Assembly: GCA_947175035.1 (NCBI GenBank)
Contig: CAMWLG010000001.1
Coordinates: forward strand, 26,982 to 90,981
Source: an uncultured Lachnospiraceae bacterium
GTDB taxonomy: Bacteria > Bacillota > Clostridia > Lachnospirales > Lachnospiraceae
DNA: 64,000 nucleotides
Direction: 5' to 3'
Part shown: positions 54,312-63,833 of the stretch, one piece after another
Numbering within the stretch: the first letter of the stretch is position 1
Layout of the letters: each line of letters begins with the position of its first letter
Program-made: the position numbers and the translations under genes
Notes under the pieces: generated by a model
Database searches by the model: none
What the model saw: the letters and a program-made list of their open reading frames with translations, nothing else
What the model was told of the DNA's origin: nothing

Positions 54312-55238
54312 ATGGATTTAAATATTAATTCACCATCATATTATACACAAGAGTACGGTGTTGATGATGATATATATTGGATGTGTAGAGAATTATCAAA
54401 CTTTGTCAAAGAGAAAAAATATAGTGATGTAATAAATATTATTGGCATAGTGCCAATTATTGCCCCCGCATCAGTTATAGAAAAAGGACTTTGTAAAGCG
54501 CATAAGAGGTGTGAACCTAAATCTGGTTTTGCCTCAGTAAGTCTACAGATTGATTATGAGGAATATGTTAACGCTGATACTGCTAATAAAAAGAGATTGA
54601 TTATAGACAACATATTATCGTCGGTAAAAGCTGTTTCCCAAAAGGGAAAAATAGATTATTGTTTATTTGCAGAAGATGTTCGAACTTTTTGTGAGAATAA
54701 TGGGGTAATGAATAAAACCATGATAAGATTGAAGGATATTAAGCAATTAGGATTATTTATTACGTGGAGATTATTATATTTAGGTGTACAAAGTGGTCAC
54801 ATTGAAACAGAGGAAGTTATCGAATATGCTATAGAAAAATTAGAGGAAGGGAGTGAACGAGAAGAAATACGTGAATTAGCAGGAGCATATGCGGAAGAGC
54901 ATGAGGAAATCTGCAATGTTTTGTGGAAATTGACCGAGCAAGAAGATACTCAAAATGATATTGAAAACAGAAAAATAAGAGCTGTTATCGTGAGTAGGGT
55001 ATTAAAAACTAAAAATAAAAATTGTATTAATGGGTTAATGGATATAACAGATTTGTGGATTGAATTGGGGTATCCGGATGATTCCCCACATATCATTCAG
55101 GGAAAGGGAAATTGCGTATCACCTAGTGAATATTATACGATGGATAATTACAATTTCCTTTATGAAAAGAATGTAGAGTGGTTGAAAATGGAACTTGAGG
55201 ATTTAAGAAAAAACAACAAAAATAATTATTCTTTTTAA
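54312..55238 (+). CDS. Fused immunity-like protein (Imm-type N-half + DUF2247-like C-half)
   Basis: N-half MDLNINSPSYY; internal ATGs at 54708 and 54720 start a C-half with ITWRLLYLG...WIELGYPDD. Confidence 0.6.
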   Translation: MDLNINSPSYYTQEYGVDDDIYWMCRELSNFVKEKKYSDVINIIGIVPIIAPASVIEKGLCKAHKRCEPKSGFASVSLQIDYEEYVNADTANKKRLIIDNILSSVKAVSQKGKIDYCLFAEDVRTFCENNGVMNKTMIRLKDIKQLGLFITWRLLYLGVQSGHIETEEVIEYAIEKLEEGSEREEIRELAGAYAEEHEEICNVLWKLTEQEDTQNDIENRKIRAVIVSRVLKTKNKNCINGLMDITDLWIELGYPDDSPHIIQGKGNCVSPSEYYTMDNYNFLYEKNVEWLKMELEDLRKNNKNNYSF

Positions 55239-55270
55239 AATTTTCATTAGGGAAACGCTGATTAGATTAG

Positions 55271-55627
55271 TTGCTTACTTCTTATGAGCAATTAATGCGT
55301 GATAGAGGAATTCCATCTACACTGACACCCGAAGAGAAGACGCTGTGTTGTGCACTGGATCTTCGGATGCAATATGAGGGTGGCACACCTTCTGTTGAAA
55401 CTCCTACTTTTAATGGTAATTCACGACCTTGGGATAATGGAGCAACGCCAAATTCCATATATGAGCAGTTTAATAGACAAGATTTTGACCATCCGCATTT
55501 TGTTAAAAATACTCAACAGTATTATCAACCGCACGAGCATAGTTACCATTACAATGAGAATGGTTATAGGGATGGTATATGGGATGGACCTCTTACACCA
55601 GGATATAATAATCTTCCTACACAATAA
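55271..55627 (+). CDS. Probable orphan polymorphic-toxin C-terminal fragment
   Basis: TTG start without a clear SD; G/P/N-rich (PNSIYEQ...RQDFDHPH...QPHEH...GP); directly upstream of an immunity-like gene. Confidence 0.4.
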   Translation: MLTSYEQLMRDRGIPSTLTPEEKTLCCALDLRMQYEGGTPSVETPTFNGNSRPWDNGATPNSIYEQFNRQDFDHPHFVKNTQQYYQPHEHSYHYNENGYRDGIWDGPLTPGYNNLPTQ

Positions 55628-55641
55628 GGAGAATTGATACA

Positions 55642-56679
55642 ATGAGTTATTTTTTATTTGGTTCTTTTAATTCAGTATATGATAAAGAATTATTAGAACA
55701 AGTGAAGTCATATGCATCTGAAAAAAACATTTATATCTGGTTCGGTGAGGAAATAACGTTTTACAAAGAGATACATAGAATGTTGGAAGAGCAGAAATCG
55801 GATGGAAACATTAAATTTGCGATTACATCAGAAAACCAACCTTGTAATAGTAGTGATGTACTTTTTCCCTTCGATAAATTTTCTAGTGATGTACTGTTTG
55901 CAGATGAATCCAGAAATTTTTACAAACAGTGTTGCAAGGATAACATAAATATATTATTCGACTGTTTGAAATATCTAATTGACTCATTGCATATTAGACA
56001 GGTAGAAATATTTGTTGTTGAAGGATATGATGATATTTTTCGAAAAAAAGTATGCAGCATTGATGAACTAAAACAAGATTTCCTTTGTCAAGTAGAGGAT
56101 AAAGTAGCGATAGAATCTTGTATTTATCGTGTAAAGCTGCTTGACAACTCGAGTTTCTATATTCAGGCTGGTAATCCTATGATACAATGTATAGCAGATC
56201 GCAATGATAAATCTTTGGCGGATGCGATTGAAAGTATGTTTCTTCTAAAGACAGAGAGTGCTGTACTGATGTGGAATCATATAAGCATTCCTTTATCATA
56301 TAAATATGATATTAGTTATATGATGGAAGACATTTTGATGTTGCTAAACATGCTGCAAAGCAGAGAAAAAGGAGAACTTACAATATGTTGGTTGCCTGAT
56401 ACTTTCAGATGTGACTGGACAATTAGGTGGGACACGGAAGAATTGAGTATTCATTCGCGATGGGAAAATACAGTTGGCAATTTAGAAAGGCTTTTAAATG
56501 AAAGACCTATTATATCTCTTAAGAAGGATGACTTTATAAAAGAGTGGAAGAGCATTTTGGGTATTGTAATTTCCAGCCTAAAAAAATGTGGATATGATGT
56601 AAAGGAGATAAAAGGTATGAAACAGTTAATTGAACAGTATAAAGGTATTATTGGAAATGGAATTTTATATAGTAGATGA
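55642..56679 (+). CDS. Hypothetical, apparently a two-gene fusion (immunity-like)
   Basis: SD AAGGAG. The sequence character changes at ...KLLDNSS|FYIQAGNP (about 56140-56160). Confidence 0.55.
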   Translation: MSYFLFGSFNSVYDKELLEQVKSYASEKNIYIWFGEEITFYKEIHRMLEEQKSDGNIKFAITSENQPCNSSDVLFPFDKFSSDVLFADESRNFYKQCCKDNINILFDCLKYLIDSLHIRQVEIFVVEGYDDIFRKKVCSIDELKQDFLCQVEDKVAIESCIYRVKLLDNSSFYIQAGNPMIQCIADRNDKSLADAIESMFLLKTESAVLMWNHISIPLSYKYDISYMMEDILMLLNMLQSREKGELTICWLPDTFRCDWTIRWDTEELSIHSRWENTVGNLERLLNERPIISLKKDDFIKEWKSILGIVISSLKKCGYDVKEIKGMKQLIEQYKGIIGNGILYSR

Positions 56680-56692
56680 GGTGATACATTTT

Positions 56693-57355
56693 ATGGAAGT
56701 GAAAAAGACAATTGAAATCATGTTGTTACAATTTTTATCGGGTGAAATATCTAAAGAAGCTCTTTACGGTTGGGCAGTAAATATATTACATAAAATGCTT
56801 AAAGGAGATATTTTTGAGATAAAGAATTTAGAGATTTGGGGGATAATCACAAAATTAGTAGAAGTAAGTGAAAGTGACATTGATGATCGCTACTGTACTG
56901 AATCAGTACATAACATTTTGAATGTGTTATCAGGAGAAGAATGTGATGTATTTTCTTTTGTCATGCAAATTCCACAGAAATACATAGTTAATAACTTATT
57001 GGGTTTAGATAAACTTATAAATAAGTATTATTCGGATAAGCCTCTATTGGAAGATGAAATTCAGAATTTAAAATTATTATCTCAAAAGAAAATAGGTACA
57101 TGTAGTACGATTAATAGTCTTTTAGAATTTCAAATTATTGAAATATTGAAATTAGGATATACTTTTTTTGATGAGAATAATCTTAAATTCGATCTTAAGA
57201 GTTCAATATTTATAAGTGAAGAAGCGGCAATAAACTTTGAAGAGCGTGTGATATTAAAAGTGAGTGATTTATACAAATGCTATAAAGGCGAGAAAAGTTT
57301 TTTTGTTTCCGTACTGTACAATAATGGAATTGGAAATGTTTCCATACAGGTATAA
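56693..57355 (+). CDS. Hypothetical protein
   Basis: SD GAGGTG before ATG 56693; AT-rich intact ORF. Confidence 0.6.
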   Translation: MEVKKTIEIMLLQFLSGEISKEALYGWAVNILHKMLKGDIFEIKNLEIWGIITKLVEVSESDIDDRYCTESVHNILNVLSGEECDVFSFVMQIPQKYIVNNLLGLDKLINKYYSDKPLLEDEIQNLKLLSQKKIGTCSTINSLLEFQIIEILKLGYTFFDENNLKFDLKSSIFISEEAAINFEERVILKVSDLYKCYKGEKSFFVSVLYNNGIGNVSIQV

Positions 57356-57414
57356 ATGAAAATGTTTTCAATCACCCATCTGAGATGGGGAAACGAGATG
57401 AAAGAGGTATAAGT

Positions 57415-57810
57415 ATGGATGATATTTTCTATATGAGTCCTAAAAATATTAAAATAGAGGATATCGATGAAACTGCCAAAAGAGTAAGTGTTAAAAAGAC
57501 TTTTATTCCCCAATCAAAAGATGTCTTAGAGGTGGAATATTGTGATGGAGTTATGGCAAATTGGTTTTGTATGAGCCTAGAAGATTTTCAGGAATTAGAG
57601 GATACGCAGTTTTTGAGTGACAATAAAATAAAATCAATTTTTTGTATTTCCCATCATCCCAGTAGCTTTCCGGTAATATTGCCTCATATAAAAATATTGC
57701 TACAAGAGTATGGTGGTTGGATTGGAAATGATGCAGAAGGTTTTCAACCCTGCTTTAACATAGGGAATATAGATTTATGGCCTTGCTTAAACGAAATGAA
57801 AAGGACTTAG
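57415..57810 (+). CDS. Hypothetical protein
   Basis: SD GAGGT before ATG 57415. Confidence 0.6.
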   Translation: MDDIFYMSPKNIKIEDIDETAKRVSVKKTFIPQSKDVLEVEYCDGVMANWFCMSLEDFQELEDTQFLSDNKIKSIFCISHHPSSFPVILPHIKILLQEYGGWIGNDAEGFQPCFNIGNIDLWPCLNEMKRT

Positions 57811-57867
57811 CTAAAATCTAATAATTATGACTGAGTAGATAAATCCCTTACTCTGGAGGTAAAGGTT

Positions 57868-58332
57868 TTGAAAATAAATGAATTGAGGTTAAAGAATATT
57901 TTAAAGGATTACGACGTCTGGGAACAGGAATTTGAATATGCAGAAGTATCAGGTATTGCTGAAATATTTGGCTATCATATTGTGTTTTTTCGACCTCAAA
58001 AAAATTTATGTAATACAGTGGCTATTAATTTTCAACTTCAAGAGATAGAAGACACCTTACGAATTCATGTTGTTCATGTTGCAAATTTAGTTTTGATGGC
58101 TATGGGTATCAACGTAAAATTTGGAGAAACCACCATTGAAGAAATCAATAGCATTTATGGTACTGCTGATTTTATGGATGACCCGTGTTTGTATGATTCG
58201 ATTACATATTATTATTTGATTAACCCTGATTTGTTGATGGCATTTACAATCACGGGAAAAGTATTATTGGGTTTGGAGATTGTTGCGGACGAGGAGATGG
58301 TTAAGGACATTGTATCGGATGCTATTTATTGA
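57868..58332 (+). CDS. Immunity-like hypothetical protein (intact paralog of 52794..53257)
   Basis: TTG start after GGAGGT; shares its N- and C-terminal sequence with the upstream copy. Confidence 0.7.
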   Translation: MKINELRLKNILKDYDVWEQEFEYAEVSGIAEIFGYHIVFFRPQKNLCNTVAINFQLQEIEDTLRIHVVHVANLVLMAMGINVKFGETTIEEINSIYGTADFMDDPCLYDSITYYYLINPDLLMAFTITGKVLLGLEIVADEEMVKDIVSDAIY

Positions 58333-58534
58333 AAGCCTAGTTGTCATATTAATGGGGCCACTTTTAGGATTTGTGGCATACATAGAGGAACCTGGAGTTT
58401 TGAGATTATTTTTTAGATGTTGGAACATCGTCCTCAATAGTTTTCACCATGTAGTATGTATGATATAATAAGAGGGATCAAAGAGGAACAATGTCATTGA
58501 TTGCAGGTTTTAATATTAACAGGGGGTGTAAGTC

Positions 58535-59326
58535 ATGGAAATACTATATGTCAGAGGATGTCCATATGAAGACAATGAGGGTGAAGTTCTTAATTTACAT
58601 ATCAGGCTGGATGAAGGAGATGTTCTCACGGAAGGCGGAAATATTCAAATTGAGATGATGGATGACTCTGTAATTGAAAGAGAAGTTAAAATCATCAATC
58701 CCCAATGGGCAGGAGATTACGCAGCAGTTTGCGAAGAGGCAAAACAATGGAAGCAGTCAGGGGAAACATTGAAAGAAATAAAGGGACCGGGGGAGTGGGA
58801 TATTGTGGTCATGCATGTCCCGTATCATGAGGTGAAAACGCAGGAGGAGATACAAGGCAGGGACGCTATGGATGAATTCCTGGAGGATTTGAACAGTAAA
58901 GTCTGTATTTCACCATTTAAAGAACTTGATGCCGGTGAGAAGAGTATTCATGACTTTGTGGTGGAGGGGTATTCTGTTCCAGCCAAGGTCATAGCATATC
59001 TGCGGACTGAGAATTTTTATATGATGAGTCTGGGGCTATATGAACATCCTTTTAAACCGGGAACAACTCTGTGCGGGCCATATACATATACTGACGGATA
59101 TTATTACTGGGACAGGGATACTTGGAAATATGTGTTGAAATACCATGTGACACTGCCCCAGGAATTTATTGATCATGTCATGTCGGATGCGGGAACAAAG
59201 TTTCTGGAAGAACAGACGGGACAAAGCAACTCATGGGCGGACAGGATTAAGGAGCTGAAAGAGCAGGAAGGTACATTATGCCTTTTGCCGGAAGATGCGG
59301 GAAATATGGAATTGGAGGATTTTTAA
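58535..59326 (+). CDS. Two-domain hypothetical protein
   Basis: C-half TDGYYYWDRDTWKYVLKYHVTLPQEF, a motif type I associate with toxin-locus genes. Confidence 0.65.
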   Translation: MEILYVRGCPYEDNEGEVLNLHIRLDEGDVLTEGGNIQIEMMDDSVIEREVKIINPQWAGDYAAVCEEAKQWKQSGETLKEIKGPGEWDIVVMHVPYHEVKTQEEIQGRDAMDEFLEDLNSKVCISPFKELDAGEKSIHDFVVEGYSVPAKVIAYLRTENFYMMSLGLYEHPFKPGTTLCGPYTYTDGYYYWDRDTWKYVLKYHVTLPQEFIDHVMSDAGTKFLEEQTGQSNSWADRIKELKEQEGTLCLLPEDAGNMELEDF

Positions 59327-59420
59327 AGTAGAAAGAATAAATGCGCTAATGTAACAGTTAGTGCATTTTTCTGATGAAAGCAGTTGAAATTTTGATAAGC
59401 GAGATGTAAAGGTAATAATA

Positions 59421-59771
59421 ATGGATTGGATAAGTAGCATAAGTAACATGGATAATACAATACATGATATTTGTATAAAAGATTCTTGCTTGATTGTATA
59501 TATCAAAACATGGGATCAGAAAATTAGGCAAATTACCTTTTCGGACTATTATGCTTTCAAAGAAAAAAATTCTATAGGTAGGGAGATAGGAGATATACTA
59601 ATTCAAACAAACTCTACACTGTTAGAAGAATTGAAAGAAGATATTGTAAATGGTGATGGCACAATCGATGAAATAGCAGATGTCAAAAGTATGGTATTTT
59701 ATGATTCGTGGAACGAAATGATACTTTTGGAGGTTTTAGGCAAAAACATAACGTATAGTGACTGCGTTTAA
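59421..59771 (+). CDS. Immunity-like hypothetical protein
   Basis: Intact AT-rich ORF containing HDxxI. Confidence 0.6.
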   Translation: MDWISSISNMDNTIHDICIKDSCLIVYIKTWDQKIRQITFSDYYAFKEKNSIGREIGDILIQTNSTLLEELKEDIVNGDGTIDEIADVKSMVFYDSWNEMILLEVLGKNITYSDCV

Positions 59772-59873
59772 GCTGTTTATTGCATTTCCGCTATAGTCAT
59801 TTGGAAATGGTGAATGCCGGACGAATGCGACTTCCCATGCTTGCTTACAACTTATATTAGGATGGTGATTGTG

Positions 59874-60392
59874 ATGGAAAAAGTAAAATTATATAACAGT
59901 ATAATTGATACAAATATTCAACATAAACTCCCTGAGGCAGGCTGGTGTACGGATTTGGTTCAATATGCCACATATAAATGCGGAATAGAAGGGATGATAT
60001 CAACAGCTTTTTTATTTTGTCCGGAGATTGTTGAAGTGAAGGGTTATATTTTTATAAAACAATTTTTTAATTGTGCTGAAGGCAAAGAACTGGAATATTT
60101 GAAAAGCTTGGAAGAACAGTACCAATATAATAAAAAGGATATTGAAATGAGTGTTAATTCGTGCAGCATTGGAGATTTCTTTGTAGGGGATACAAGAGAG
60201 TTGATGGATGATGACGATATCATTTCCCAATTTGCACATGCCTTGGTTTACTTTTGGAAGTGCAGGGTGCGGGATCTTTTTCCTGAAAGAAATATTGTAG
60301 TTGAATTGGGATACGAATTAATGGGCGAGTTGGGTTTAAGTATTACATTGTATGAAGACACTTCTTCCCATACTGGAAGGAATGGTATATAA
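59874..60392 (+). CDS. Immunity-like hypothetical protein
   Basis: FLFCPEIVEVKGYIF...FPERNIVVE; SD GGATGG. Confidence 0.6.
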   Translation: MEKVKLYNSIIDTNIQHKLPEAGWCTDLVQYATYKCGIEGMISTAFLFCPEIVEVKGYIFIKQFFNCAEGKELEYLKSLEEQYQYNKKDIEMSVNSCSIGDFFVGDTRELMDDDDIISQFAHALVYFWKCRVRDLFPERNIVVELGYELMGELGLSITLYEDTSSHTGRNGI

Positions 60393-60446
60393 TAGGTATA
60401 AAATGCGATTGGATGCCATTGGATTTGGCAGGAAAGGAAAAGGAAT

Positions 60447-61175
60447 ATGGTCAATATCACACATTCAAGGATGAATCGTTTTAATTATAAGACATGGACA
60501 AGATATTTTATGGCGAACGACAAGAAACGGCTTCAGATAGATTTTTCCGGAGAAAAGGAGCTCACGGAAGCAGAAAAAAAGCTGATTTTTCCGTCAATCC
60601 AAGCATTCCAGAAAGGGGAAGGCTCCGACGGCGCTTTTCTTATGCGTGCAGTGGAAGATTTTGCTTATAAGAATCATAAGGAAGGATACATAGAGGCCAT
60701 GCGGCAGTTTGTGAAAGAGGAGAACTGGCATTCGGCATATCTGAAAAAATATATGGATCATTATGGCGTGAAGTCTAAAGACCGCACTTTTTTGGATGAA
60801 TGCTTTCGCAAATTGAGAAAGCTTGGAGGGATAAAGTGTGAAATCACGGTACTGGTAACTGCGGAAATGATCGCACTGACTTACTATGATGCATTGTCCC
60901 GGTGTACAGCGTCCCCTGCGCTGAAAGCGATCTGTGCGCAGATGCTGCATGATGAATTGCCGCATATTATGTTCCAGTCTTATACGCTCAGTCAAATAGG
61001 AAATGGGTGGTTTGACCAGGTATTGAGAGTGTTCTTTATGACTGCCACGCTGCTGACGGTATGGATTGCTTTTCATGAGGTATATCTTCATGGGGGATAT
61101 AATTTCTCCCGGTATATCAGAGAAAATATGGGGTATTTGAGACAATCCATATTTTTGACAAGACAATCTAAATAA
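60447..61175 (+). CDS. Ferritin-like diiron-carboxylate protein
   Basis: FQKGE, EENWH, AEMIA..YY, DELPH (paired ExxH motifs). Confidence 0.8.
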   Translation: MVNITHSRMNRFNYKTWTRYFMANDKKRLQIDFSGEKELTEAEKKLIFPSIQAFQKGEGSDGAFLMRAVEDFAYKNHKEGYIEAMRQFVKEENWHSAYLKKYMDHYGVKSKDRTFLDECFRKLRKLGGIKCEITVLVTAEMIALTYYDALSRCTASPALKAICAQMLHDELPHIMFQSYTLSQIGNGWFDQVLRVFFMTATLLTVWIAFHEVYLHGGYNFSRYIRENMGYLRQSIFLTRQSK

Positions 61176-61188
61176 AAACATAGCGTGC

Positions 61189-61365
61189 TTGACAAACAAA
61201 ACTTTTGCTGTTAGACTATGTAACAGTTATCGGAGGACTTATAATCGTAAGTATAAGACCGGATAAGATAACGGATATACAGTTTGTCGGAGGGTTCCTT
61301 TTGCGTATGAAAGTGCCGGATAAGAAGACTGTCCCTGTTCGTCTTTCTTGTCCGGTCTTTTTGTT
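61189..61365 (+). promoter_or_regulatory. Promoter and putative attenuator leader of the MATE gene
   Basis: TTGACA-17 nt-TAGACT (61189-61217); terminator hairpin 61316-61355 plus T-tract; competing strand at 61255-61268. Confidence 0.55.
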
Positions 61366-61382
61366 TGTCAGGAGGAAGAACG

Positions 61383-62717
61383 ATGCATTTGCTGGATGGA
61401 AAAATCAAACCAATCTATTTCAGGTATTTGTCAGCCGCCTTTGGAAGCGCCATGATCACTTCGGTGTATTCGCTTGTGGATATGGCGATGGTCGGACAGT
61501 ACCAAGGGCCGGACGGGACTGCTGCATTGGCGGTTGTCGCCCCTGTGTGGAATGTCGTTTACAGCCTGGGGCTGCTGATGGGGATTGGCGGTTCTGTCAT
61601 TTTTAGTACGGTTAGAGGGCAGGGAACACAGAAAACCATAAATGAGAACGAATATTTTACAGTCTCCGTCATTGGATCTGTCCTGCTTGCTGTCCTGTCG
61701 TGGCTGGCAATTCTATTTTTTGAGAAGCCGATTTTGCTGTTTTTTGGTGCGGACAGCACTCTGCTTCCGTTGGCTGAGTCCTATTTGACGCCCATCAAAC
61801 CGGTTATCCCGTTATTCCTGTTTAATCAAATGCTGGCTGCCTTTCTGCGGAATGACGACCATCCCGGGCTTGCCACTGCCGGTGTCCTGGCGGGCGGACT
61901 GCTCAATGTGATCGGTGACTATGTTTTTGTATTTACTTTTGATATGGGGATTTTTGGTGCTGGGCTTGCGACCGCATCCGGAGCCGTTGTATCTTTTCTT
62001 GTGATGCTGTTCCATTTCCGCTCTGAACAAAATACACTGGTTCTCCAAAAGCCTGCCGGAACTATGGAAAAGTTGAGGGAAATATCGGTTACCGGTTTTT
62101 CGGCATTTTTTATTGACATTGCAATGGGAATTTTGACAGTGCTTTTCAATCGTCAGATCATGAAATATTTAGGAAGCAATGCACTTGCGGTTTATGGCCC
62201 GATCATAAATGTGAGTACCATTGTTCAATGCTGCGCCTATAGCGTGGGGCAGGCGGCACAACCGATCATTTCCATCAATTTTGGTGCGAAGAAATGGCAG
62301 CGTATTAAAGAGACCCTGCGTTATGCCCTTTATACCGTTGGTGTATTCAGCATATTTTGGACTGCACTCAGCCTGATTTTTCCCAATCTGTACATTTATA
62401 TTTTCATGAAGCCGACGGAAGCCATACTGGAGATTGCCCCGGCGATTATCCGTTGTTACAGCATTTCCTTTCTTTTGCTGCCCCTGAATATCTTTTCCAC
62501 GTATTATTTTCAGGTGTTGATGAAGCCGAAAGCCGCTTTTTATGTATCTGTGTTCAGGGGGTGTATCATCAGCGGGATTTTGATCATGTTGCTTCCAATC
62601 GTGGCAGGTGCTGATTCCATATGGTTTGCTATGCCGGTGACGGAACTGTTAGTTGCCATTTATGTAGTGTTTATGATGAGCAAATATACAAGGGCATTAT
62701 CGGAAGAGGAGTCATGA
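61383..62717 (+). CDS. MATE-family efflux transporter
   Basis: About 12 TM helices, YSLVDMAMVG, LAVVAPV, FLRND, NVIGDYVF. ATG at 61383 follows AGGAGG. Confidence 0.92.
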   Translation: MHLLDGKIKPIYFRYLSAAFGSAMITSVYSLVDMAMVGQYQGPDGTAALAVVAPVWNVVYSLGLLMGIGGSVIFSTVRGQGTQKTINENEYFTVSVIGSVLLAVLSWLAILFFEKPILLFFGADSTLLPLAESYLTPIKPVIPLFLFNQMLAAFLRNDDHPGLATAGVLAGGLLNVIGDYVFVFTFDMGIFGAGLATASGAVVSFLVMLFHFRSEQNTLVLQKPAGTMEKLREISVTGFSAFFIDIAMGILTVLFNRQIMKYLGSNALAVYGPIINVSTIVQCCAYSVGQAAQPIISINFGAKKWQRIKETLRYALYTVGVFSIFWTALSLIFPNLYIYIFMKPTEAILEIAPAIIRCYSISFLLLPLNIFSTYYFQVLMKPKAAFYVSVFRGCIISGILIMLLPIVAGADSIWFAMPVTELLVAIYVVFMMSKYTRALSEEES

Positions 62718-62727
62718 TGAACAAAGC

Positions 62728-63060
62728 TCATAGTCTGTTTTTGACCCCCCATTCACACATGGAATCAAGAATGGGGATCAGTGTTTTGCCGCGGTCTGTA
62801 AGGGAATATTCTACTTTAGGTGGAATCTGGGGGTATTCTTCACGGTGGACAAGTTGATCAGCCTCCAGTTCCTTCAAAGTGGAGCTGAGGGTTTTATAGG
62901 AAATCTCCCCAATATATTTTTTCATTTCATTAAAGCGGACGACGCCAAATTCCATAAGGGTATAAAGAATTGTCATTTTGTATTTTCCGTTAATCAGGGA
63001 CAATGTATAGCTGAAACCGGTTGTCTCCAGGCATTCCTGTGATATACAGCGTTCGTTCAT
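62728..63060 (-). CDS. HxlR-family winged-helix regulator
   Basis: INGKYKMTIL, RFNEM, ISYKTLSSTLKELE, YPQIPPKVEYSLT. ATG at 63060 follows AAAGGAG. Confidence 0.92.
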   Translation of the reverse strand: MNERCISQECLETTGFSYTLSLINGKYKMTILYTLMEFGVVRFNEMKKYIGEISYKTLSSTLKELEADQLVHREEYPQIPPKVEYSLTDRGKTLIPILDSMCEWGVKNRL

Positions 63061-63208
63061 TTTCACACTCTCCTTTAGGTAAGTATATAACTTCAATGTA
63101 AGTATCGCACCTGAATGTGCGTACTTGTTTTGCGGCTTATTCTTGCTACAATTATAATATCGACAGCAGGAAAAGTCAATTCTGCAGGAAACAAGGAGGA
63201 TATTGATC

Positions 63209-63754
63209 ATGAGTAAAAAGATTGTTGTTATCACTGGAAGTCCCCGCAAAAACGGAAACAGCTTTGCCATGACGGATGCGTTTATCAAGGCGGCGGAAGA
63301 GAAGGGGCACACCATTACCCGTTTTGATGCCGCTATGCAAAAAGTAGGAGGCTGCCATGCCTGTGAGACTTGTTATTCCACAGGGAAAGCCTGTACATTT
63401 GATGATGATTTCAACACGATAGCGCCGGCAATTCTGGAAGCAGATGTGATTGTGTTTACCATGCCGGTTTACTGGTATTCCATCCCGGCGCAGATCAAGG
63501 GTGTCATTGACCGTATCTTTTCCCTGGTTGTTGGCGGTAAGGATATTGCAGGCAAGGAATGTGCGTTGATCACCTGCTGTGAGGAAGAGGATATGTCCGT
63601 CATGGATGGAGTCCGTATACCCATTGAGCGTATGTGTGCCCTGAACAAATGGAAGATGGTCGGCGAGGTGTTGATTCCCGGCGTACTGAATGTTGGGGAT
63701 ATCGACAAGACAGATGGATGCAAAAAAGCGGCTGCTTTGGCTGATGCGATTTAA
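63209..63754 (+). CDS. Flavodoxin-family / iron-sulfur flavoprotein (NADPH-dependent FMN reductase-like)
   Basis: GSPRKNGNS, CHACETC...C, PVYWY..PAQIKGVIDR. Divergent from the HxlR gene. Confidence 0.88.
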   Translation: MSKKIVVITGSPRKNGNSFAMTDAFIKAAEEKGHTITRFDAAMQKVGGCHACETCYSTGKACTFDDDFNTIAPAILEADVIVFTMPVYWYSIPAQIKGVIDRIFSLVVGGKDIAGKECALITCCEEEDMSVMDGVRIPIERMCALNKWKMVGEVLIPGVLNVGDIDKTDGCKKAAALADAI

Positions 63755-63781
63755 GCAAGGCGGACTGAGAGCCCGAGTCCC

Positions 63782-63813
63782 GAGCCACCCGTTCTTTACG
63801 GGTGGTTCTTTTT
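63782..63813 (+). terminator. Terminator after the flavodoxin gene
   Basis: GAGCCACCCGT-tcttt-ACGGGTGGTTC plus a T-tract. Confidence 0.8.
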
Positions 63814-63833
63814 GATATTTTGTATATAGGGTG

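Noticed and set aside
59283-59293. TTTTGCCGGAA, matching part of repeat motif A (also near 18564)
   Set aside because: An 11-nt match inside coding sequence without the rest of the motif; likely chance.
45888-60446. Integron attC-like sites between array genes
   Set aside because: No recurring GTTRRRY/RYYYAAC-bounded hairpin or other shared intergenic motif was visible, and there is no integrase in the window.
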